This document shows positions 50,802-64,000 of a stretch of DNA of 64,000 nt, piece by piece (positions within the stretch are counted from its first letter, which is position 1; the number at the start of each line of letters is the position of its first letter). The stretch is taken from the NCBI GenBank assembly GCA_951406725.2, contig OX597833.1:59396001-59460000 (forward strand). The letters are read 5' to 3'. Under the pieces are notes generated by a model. The model saw only the letters and a list, made by a program, of their open reading frames with translations. It had not been told where the DNA came from and ran no database searches. A program made the translations under genes and the position numbers. The stretch is from Octopus vulgaris (taxonomy: Eukaryota).

Positions 50802-53800
50802 TATGTATATTTATACATGTACAAGCGTGCGCTTGAGTGTATATGTGTGTGTGTGATTTATGAATGTATAATATGTATATATATTTATACACGCATATAT
50901 ATATGAATGTACATATGTAAGTATGTATCAGTATATATATGTATATGTTTATAAATATCAATGTATGTGTATATAGATATATATATATATTAAGTTAGAA
51001 AGAAAGTCCTGTCACATTTCAAGTTGGGTAAGAAATAAATGTTTTTTTCTGGTTTTAATTGATATATTTAATCATGATGATATTTCGCGTCATTATTGAT
51101 AACATAATCCCATCTATTTGGGAAATTATTGATCCCTCAGATGTAAAATTCTTAAGATTTTAAAGCAGATTTTTCACAATTAAAAAACTGTTTTCTCTCT
51201 AAATAATGTCGCAATGATCTGGAAAGATGATAGTCAGAGCAAAGTGAGAAGACTAAGGAGGATGAGACAAAACTTCTATATTTTGCTAATTCTCTTGCAG
51301 TTTGCTTTAGATTTTCCTCAACTATAGTTTTCAGAAGTTCTATACTGATAGAACATGGTCATCTAGATCAAGAGGTCTATGAGAGAAAAATTTCCTGAGT
51401 TAAACTCCCCAAACTATTTTCGGCATATCCCCAGACACTTAAAGCTTCACTTCCGTAGACAGAATGACTATTCCTTGTTGCTTCCATTGCTGAAGAGCCC
51501 TTTTTAAAATTCATACAGCATGCAATGTCTGATATGGATCTGATCTAAACTCATTTTTAAAGGGTAAAATCAATATGAATTTAACCACTATAGTATAAAG
51601 TAATCTGGTAAGAAAGAAAGAAAAAACATTAGAATGTAAAAATTTATGCTTATTTTATTGTAAGTATTGAGAAAGTACCCTCAGAGTGACCATGTCAAAA
51701 CAGGACAGAACTTTCTTTCTAATTTATATATGTGTATATGTGTGTGTGCGTGTGTGTGTATGATATTGGTTTCAAATTTTGACACAAGGCCAGCAATTTC
51801 AGGAAAGAGGATAAGTCAATTACATTGACCCCAGTGGTCAACTGGTACTTATTTTATCAATCCTGAAAGAGTGAAAGGCAAAGTCGACTTTATTAGAATT
51901 TGAACTCAGAGTGTAAAAGACAGACAAAATGCTGCTAAGCATTTTACCCAGTGTGCTAATGATTCTGCCAGCTCACCACCATATGTGTGTATAATATTTA
52001 TAATTGTTTTCATGCGGAGTTATCTATAAAAATAATTTAACATTAAACTGAAGGATCACTCAGTGGTTGCTGGAGATAGGGGGCGTGGTATGTTCAATAT
52101 GCACAAATTCAGAGTTTTCCTCTTAGTTACAAGTAGAAGAGATGGGAGTGTATAGAATGTATGTATGTATGTATTTGTGCATGTATGAGTGTATGTATGT
52201 ACATATGTATGTACATATGTGTGTACTTAATAACAGGTTAACTCAGCTGTTTGTACTCTGACTACTTCATTATCAGAACATTCTCCTCCATTCCTTCACT
52301 GATAATTAAATCAGTTAGGTAAAAGTCAAAATAATTTACCTTTCAGTATTTTTTTCAAAAATTCCTTTTTAATCAGATAGAAATAGTTGCTTTAGTTCAA
52401 AACTTGAAACTGTGTCTGTCGTAGATGTAAATAATATTTTGATTATATCGGTACTGCAGAGTCAGAGTTAAAATCCTGATGACTAGATTTTAATTTAAGT
52501 TTGAAATCTGTTCTCTTCATTTGGAAAGGCATAAATGTCACAAATTTCCATCTTTCTTGCCTTGAAAATGTATATTGCTTTCGTAAAGACAAAGAAAGCA
52601 ATATTTTGTTTTATAGAGTTTGTTTCTTATTGAAACTGAGATAGCTTAATGGGACAGATGTTTTCATAATGTAATTATAATACTTCTGTTATGAGATACA
52701 TCTAGACTCCAGTTAATGTAGTGGTGGTGGCAGTGATCATACTAATACAAATTATATTAGCTCTTAAAAAGAAAATGCTATATTACTTTGTATGTAACCA
52801 TTGATTTTTTATTATTATTATTATAAAAACTAATAGAATTTATTGTTTTATACAAGAAATGTTGACTCTATTCCCAGCTGACTGTTTTGTGTCAGTTTTC
52901 TGATATAGGCAAAATATCTCTGGCAACACTGGCGCTATGATTGTGGCTTCCTGTAAGTGCTAACTTAGTTAATGTGACCAGCATTAATTAATTAGCAACA
53001 CTATATTAAGGTGAACATTGTTGAACAAAGAAAGAATTTCACTTGCTGTTATATTTCAATGTACTGCAGGGTTTATCTTCTTTAACTGAAACACCTCATC
53101 TAAATATGGATGTAAAATAGAATGGTATAATCTTCCATTAAAGGCAAATAGTCTTTCTCGTAATCTTGAAAGATTAATTGCAAGGTCTTAAGGAAATGTA
53201 AAATATGGACACTTGTACTTTGAGGAAATAAAGAGGTATTAAGTAATGTAGACTTAAAGTTGAAGATTGAACTTAGAAAGTAAACTGAATCTTAGTTTCT
53301 AACAACTAATGCCTGATGTGTTGTTGAGGTTCAGTAACTGGCTATGGCTATTAAAACAAATTCGCTCGTGTCATCTTTAAGCACAATCAAAGCATTTTCC
53401 TTCATCTGTCTCTCTCTTTCTCTCTCACTCTCTCTCTCCTCTCTCTCTTTCTCTTACTCTCTCACACACACAATAATTACGTATTATATCTCCACAACAC
53501 CTCACTCACCCATGTGATGTTGACCTCACTGTGTAATACATCTACAGAACACAACCGAAATATCTTTAAATAAATAAAATCTTCGCAAACTATTGCTTCT
53601 CACTTTCTGCAAGCCAGTATTAGATGTATTGTAAATAGCAACAGGACATGATTAGGAAATTTTATATAGCCGCTGAGTGGCCTTCAAGACACAAGTGCAA
53701 ATGGTTTTTACTACATTGGCGTTGTAGTTATAGCCAGCAATTTGTTTTAGATGAGAAATGTGAGACTTGTATGAGCTGAGAAGAGCATAAAGAAGGTGTT

Positions 53801-54175
53801 CAACGGAGGAGAGTCAAATGTTTTACTGACAAAGGTGAAACATAGTTGCTAATAGTCAACCACTCGCAACCTTTACTAGGTGTGGTGTTGTGAAAGAAAA
53901 TAAATGTCAGATTATTGTACTACATTCTTTCTCATGAAGGTGTTGGAGCAGTAAGTTGAATCATTCATTCAGCTAATAATAATAATTTATTTTTTCTAAT
54001 TTCAAACCCTTTCTATAAAAAGACAGACCCTGGTACTTCAACAACGTTGAGCACAAAATGAGGATTTGAAACCAGAACAGTGAAGTACAGAACTCTGGAC
54101 ATTGAAAAACATCTAATGTCTGTTCTACTCTCTTAGGTTCTACCAAGTTCCACCACTACTTCCCCATTCCAATCT

Positions 54176-54402
54176 TAACCCTTTAGCATTCAGATTATTC
54201 TGTCAAATGTAAAGCTTATGTATTCACACCATGTAAAATTAATCTTGCATCATTTCATGGCTTTGAGATTTCAATGATGTGATTGTTTATTTTTAAAATG
54301 ACACAATAAGATAGCTATGAATGACCATATCTGACTAGTTTGAACATAAAATAGGTAGAATATCTTGGCCGGATAGGGCCGGTTTAAACACTAAAGGGTT
54401 AA
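54176..54402. mobile_element. piggyBac-like MITE
   Basis: ttaaccctttag ... ctaaagggttaa; TTAA on both sides. Confidence 0.85.
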
Positions 54403-54824
54403 TAATGATTAAAAACTTGTACTAACATAGAACAGTGGACAATACGATAAAAATGGGGTTTACTCGGATACAAGAGGAAGGAATATAGATTATTGAATAT
54501 CAACATGTTAATGATACTTACTTTCTTCAGGCCTCTTTATTGGGAATTTTTCAAACCTGTCTCTTTACTCTGATCTTCCTCTCTTCTTTTTTACATATTA
54601 TTAATTCCATAGAGTATCCTGATTTCAAATCCTGGTTATAGTGATTTCACTTTATAATAAATCTATCCTACACCCTATCCCAATCTATACATATATATAC
54701 AATCTATGTGATGTGGTGTTGAAGTAAAAGCAAGTTCCCAATAAAGTCGTTCTTAATTAAAGCCAACTATTTTATTTAATGATTTTACAATGAACTACAA
54801 GTGGCATCAGCATTACTCAGGGGG

Positions 54825-54826
<2 letters not shown>

Positions 54827-54878
<52 letters not shown>

Positions 54879-54904
54879 GCTTATATGCATATACATACAT
54901 ACAC

Positions 54905-54949
<45 letters not shown>

Positions 54950-54981
54950 TACATACATACATACATACATACATACATACA

Positions 54982-55012
<31 letters not shown>
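54827..55012. repeat. Compound (TA)n(CA)n(CATA)n microsatellite
   Basis: Directly visible. Confidence 0.95.
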
Positions 55013-55014
<2 letters not shown>

Positions 55015-56119
55015 TTCTATACTTCATAATGTTAGAAACGTAAATATATGAAGAAAAATATATCTCAGAGTGCGAACTCAATATATTGGGTATGTTTACT
55101 ATATCAAAAGCTGACAGTCTACTCAGAGTTTTACTTCAGGCTGGACTACTCAAGATACTGAGATTAGAGTAAGTTGTTTGCAGTTTATATGAAGGTATGT
55201 TGACCTTGGAAGCTTATGTAAGGGTAGTGAGATAAGTGTCTTCAAAAACTAATTTCAAAATGTAAGCATTACAATGGAAAGTTATTGTTAATGTGTGTGC
55301 AAGTATGAATGGGTCAGAACAATCCTTGGATTTAGTTGAACTTATTAGAGGAAGGAGGTTAAATCATTAAGATGACCTTTGTACTGGCTTGAGTGACATG
55401 ACTTAAATGATATTGTTACAGAGAGATTGATTTTGGTGATAGGTTATTCTTTTTCATTATTGTAGTTCAGAGGTCAAATTTCAGCAAATTGAAGGCTAGC
55501 TTTTATTGTGAATTGGATATGTACAGCCAAATATTTGCAAATATGTATTTATGGAAATACATACAAACACACAAAATATAAATATATTAATACATGTATT
55601 TATTCATATGTGCGCGCACACACACACACACACACATCAATTAAGCCCTGTCATTTGAACTAGTATAAAAGACATCCTAATAATTTAATCTATCGATAAT
55701 GATTTTAGTTAAATCTATTTATAATGCAAACATGTGTAGAGTTAACGATTATTCCAATCCATTCATACTTGCAAAGACCTTAACAATAAAATTCCATTAT
55801 AAATTCTACATCTTTAAATTAGTTTTCAATGTTATTTACCACCTCATCTCCGCATAAACCTCCAAGGTTAACACAGTGTTATATATAACCTGCAAACAAA
55901 TCATTCTATTCCATAGACATTGGACAACACAGCACAGGATGAAACTCTAAGTAAACTGTTAGTTTTTTATTTAATGAACAGATGTGTACGGGTATATCTA
56001 TGAAAATTCTTGAATCAAAGACAAAGGAAACCAAAAATCCGAAGACACTACATGAGTTAAAGATAACTGTAGATCATATAGTTATATTTTACATTTTATC
56101 ATTCGATCTATAAAATACA

Positions 56120-56162
56120 ACTATATATATACATATATATATATATAAATACAACTACGTAT

Positions 56163-56260
<98 letters not shown>

Positions 56261-56548
56261 GTTCATACATACATACATATATATATACACACATATATAT
56301 GTACACACACACAGACACATATATACACATACATACATTACATACATGCATTACATACATACATACAAACATATATAGATACATACATATATATACACAT
56401 ATATACACACATACACATATACACACATACATACATACATACAGACATACATTCATACATACAGACATACATACATACATACATACATACATACATACAT
56501 ACATAGATATATACATGCATGCATATACACACATATGCGCACACAGAT
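56120..56548. repeat. Compound (GATA)n(TA)n(CATA)n microsatellite
   Basis: Directly visible. Confidence 0.95.
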
Positions 56549-57518
56549 ACTATCTCAATTGAAGGAGTGAGGAATAGGGATAGATCTATGAAAAACAAAT
56601 TTTTTTCATAAATATTAAAAGCAAGAGAGAATAAATTTATTATGCAGACGAAAATTTGCTGTGTGACATTTATGTCATATAATGTTGTAAAACAAAGAAG
56701 CTAACTATTTTTCCCTCTTGTTCTCCAAGCACACATATTCATTAGAAGTGTATGTATATGTGTGTGTGTTTGTGCATGTGTGCCTTTGATATTAATGTCT
56801 TGGCTCAGTGTCTAAGTCTTGTAAGTATGTATGTTTGTAATTCCTCTGCATACATGCATTATTTTCTAAATGTCATTTATCCAGCAATATGGAAAAAAAT
56901 TGCTTAATGTATCTATCTAATCATAAACTATATTTTTCTATCATTGGGGTTCTTGAGTACAGAAATGCTGGAAATTATTTTAGGCAAAAGGGTTTGTCTG
57001 TAAGAGTACTTTAGGTAAACCATTCTATCATAACTATTTTTTTTCTAAAATCCAGTTACATACACACACAAACAGATTTTTGAATTTTAGTATTATACAG
57101 ATAAATGTCACAATTTCTCTTTTTGTTTCTACAAAGAACACAATTTAATCTCTCTATGCAAGAAATAGATATTTTTTCAGTTAATGATTATCCATTGATA
57201 AATCTTCTACGGTTTCAATATTTATAATATGATTAGTTTATTTTTTTATCCTTTCTCTTACTTGTTTCAGTCAGTGGACTGTGGCCATGCTACAGCACCA
57301 CCTTGAAAGGTTTAGTCAAACTAATCTACCCCAGTATTTATCTATTTAAAGTTTGGTACTCATTCTATTATTCTCTTTTGCTGAACTGCTAGGTTACAGA
57401 TACATAAATAAACTAACTGCAGTTGTCACATGGTGGTGGGCAACAAATAACACAAACACATGCACACATGCGCACACACACACATACACATGCTCATAGA
57501 TAGGTGTGTGTGTGTTAT

Positions 57519-57583
<65 letters not shown>

Positions 57584-58299
57584 TATATAATACAAATAAG
57601 AAAATGGATAAACAAATTTAGTTTGTTCATCAACTTACAGATATTATCCCATAGTGGGTTACACCTATAACCCCTATCTTACTTTGTATTATATATATAT
57701 ATATGATAGGTTACTTTCAGTTTCCATCGACCAATTCTACTTACAAGGTTTTGGTTGACACAGGGTTATAGTAAAAGACACTTACCCAGAGTAATGTACA
57801 GTGGGACTGAACCCAAACTACGTGGTTGAAAAGCAAGCTTCTTATCCCCACAGAACCACACCTACACCTTCAAGAAATAAAATTTCTTAAATGTTAATTG
57901 AACCAAAATAAACTTAAAATGCTAATTTGATTGATATTCTGATGTCAGCGGTTACAGAAGTAGCAACAGGAAATATTGTTAGTTATAAATATCACAATTA
58001 CTTCAACTTCTTACCTATAAATATGAGGTTTTTAAGTCTGTAGTCAGGTGATTGTTAAATAATTTACAAGTTCAACTTCACTCAAACCTCTTCAACTATT
58101 TATACTCAATTTATAACCTCACACAGCATGATATCACTGAGTGAAAAATAGCTAACCTAACCATTTCAATATGGTCAGTGTTAACAATGGGGTCCTACTC
58201 AGTATTACATGCAGATAGGAATCTTCAGAACTCAAATAATTATTATAAGATATATTTTAATTCATGCTGAATTTTGCTTTACATACTTTTTCATGTAGT

Positions 58300-58975
58300 A
58301 CACGTGTGTGTGTATGCTTGTGGTAACATTTACTCAGTGTATGTATGTATGTGTTAGTATTAAGTCAATGCATATATGTATGTGTTAGCATTCATCCAGT
58401 GAGTGTATGCTGAAGGCACATAGCTTAGTGGTTAGGATATTTAGCCAGGATCGTATAGTCATGAGTTCAATTCCTGGCAGCTTGTTGTGTCCTTGGACAA
58501 GACACTTTATTTCACATTGCTCCAGTCCACTCGGCTGGCAAAAATGAGTTGTATTTGTATTTCAAAGGGCCAACCTTGTTATACTCTGTCATACTGAATC
58601 TCCCTGAGAATTACATTAAGGGTACAGGTGTCTGTGGGGTGCTCAGCCACTTGTGCATTGATTTCACAAATAGGCTGTTCCACCAATTAGATCAGTTTAA
58701 ACACTCATCGTCATAACCAACAGAATGCCAGAGTGTGTGTGTTAGTATTTACTGGATGTGTGAATGTATGTGTTAGCAATTTATCAGTGGGTGTATTTTA
58801 ACTGACATCAGACTATGCTTTACATCCTTCTGTGTGTATGCATGTGTTAACATTCACCCATTGTGTGTATGCATGTATTAACATTCGCCCAGTGTATGTA
58901 CGTGTTAGAAGCCATTCGGTGTGTGTGTATGTGTTAGCATTATTCCATGTGTGTATGTATTAGCATTCACTCAGT
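58300..58975 (+). repeat. Degenerate ~28-30-bp minisatellite (gtgtgtatgtgttagcattcactca) interrupted by an old family C SINE (~58411-58730)
   Basis: Repeat units lie on both sides of the SINE. Confidence 0.7.
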
Positions 58976-59325
58976 GTCAGATACCGCCATAAAGTACATT
59001 ATTTGGGGCTAAGATAGATCTGGAGTCAAACAGTTTCTGGCTTAACAATCCATAATTTTGATGAGGTTTGGACTCTGCAATGTTCACAAACATTGAGTCC
59101 AAGTGAGCTAAAAAAAAGTTTCTTAGCATCAGAGGCAGTGTTGATATTCTGTAAAACTAAAACAAATACACTGTGATGTGAATAATTGATGTACAGTGGT
59201 GAAAAGAGGTACTCTTGTTAGAGGTTGGTCAAAAAGGAGGCCTTGGCAGAAAGTTGCTTGGTAATAATCAAAATATTGCTCCTAACAGATGAGATGACAA
59301 TGATCAACATCGAGGGGTACTATAT

Positions 59326-59540
59326 GGCGGCGAGCTGACGGAAATGTTAGCGCACTGGGCGAGGTGCTTGGTGGTATTTCATCTGTCATTATGTTCTGGG
59401 TTCGGGTTCCGCCGGGGTCGACTTTGCCTTTCATCCTTTCGGGGTCGATAAATAAAGTACCAGTTATGCACTTGGGTCGATGTAATCGACTTAATCCCTT
59501 TGTCTGTCCTTGTTTGTCCCCTCTATGTTTAGCCCCTTGC
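59326..59540 (+). mobile_element. SINE family B
   Basis: ggcggcgagctgacggaaatgttagc ... gtttagccccttg. Confidence 0.88.
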
Positions 59541-60224
59541 AATATATATTGCAGGTCTGTTAAACCAGTATAGGGAAAACAGGAATTGAAATGGCGATTT
59601 AAGTTGACAAATCTTTCATTAATGTAACAGCGACACAGAAGTGCTATGCTAAAACTTATTGATTCATCATCGACAGAACTCACAACTGTTGCAGACTAAT
59701 ACAACCCTGCTCGATAGAACAAGAAAACCTCAGCAACATAAAATGTGATTTGGTGTCTCTCTCAAAAATACATGCATATTTTCTCCTATTCACATTTATA
59801 TGCACATGCATATACACACCCATGCATACACTCATTCACACATACTTAGATTGATGCACATGTACCACAATCATACACAAATGCACATATCAATACTCGT
59901 ACAAAGAATAGTATACATATCCATATCAATACATATAAGTATGCACACTTTCTCATACACACAAAAATAGTTTGAAACGTTCTATCAGATATAAAGATAA
60001 CACAATATCAATAAGACTCCAGTAGGGTACCATTTGCTAGTATTACCACTGTTGGACATGACTAAAGTTAATGAAGATGCTGCAGCTTTTTCAAGTCAAG
60101 TTAACATGAAATTCTTCCTCTACTTTTTATCACTTCATTTATGCTAAGACAGGGAATCATTTTTCACACCAATGACAAATATTTTACTTTTTTTTTCAAT
60201 TTCTATGTTCTTAGAGGCAATTTC

Positions 60225-60575
60225 ATAGAGTTCATAATATTATGCAATTCATACAAATTTCAAAATTTCGTAGACATAATTCTATAAATAATACAGATTT
60301 AATATAGATATAATTATGTAATTCACATAGATTTCGTAGGTGGTATTTAGGAACTCAAACAAGTTTTACAAAAGAAATTTTGTAAATGATACAGATTTCA
60401 TATAGATGTAATTATGTAATTCACATAGATTCCAAAGATGCTGTTATGTAATTCATATAGATTCTGTAGAGGCTATTATGTAATTTGTGCAGATTCCATA
60501 GATGCTATTATGTAATTCATAAAGATTTCATAAAAAGTAATTATGTTATTCACATAGAAGTAATTATGAAATTTA
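60225..60575 (+). repeat. Degenerate ~32-bp minisatellite (atagattccatagatgctattatgtaattcat)
   Basis: About 8-10 imperfect units visible. Confidence 0.75.
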
Positions 60576-60684
60576 TATCATCAATTTCTTGAGACCTTAT
60601 CTGGTAATTTTTATTATTTTTATTACAAAACACAAAAATTGCAATAAGTATTAAGTCAATATCTTTGGGTTTTTCTGTTTCCTC

Positions 60685-64000
<3,316 letters not shown>

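Overview
AT-rich, repeat-dense animal genomic DNA; the SINE, MITE and microsatellite content and the channel sequence point to a coleoid cephalopod, most likely an octopus (inference). The whole window lies inside one + strand gene for a four-domain voltage-gated Na+/Ca2+ channel of the Nav2 (DSC1/NaCP60E-like) type. Four phase-compatible GT-AG exons encode domain II from S2 to S6 and the start of the II-III loop: 14266-14436, 15933-16126, 22961-23108 and 26070-26247. The most striking feature is a ~2.5-kb uninterrupted ORF (43062/43065-45569) bounded by phase-1 acceptors and a phase-1 donor. It could be spliced as a giant symmetric cassette exon adding ~835 disordered, motif-rich residues to the II-III loop. 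Domain II S5/S6 has also lost normally invariant asparagines. The introns are filled with tRNA-derived SINEs, RTE, CR1 and Dong-like LINE relics, Helitrons, MITEs, a full-length dead mariner and microsatellites. Local oddities include a SINE with a ~240-bp target duplication, a patchwork ~1-kb duplication and candidate microexons. Most ORFs in the supplied track are microsatellite artefacts.
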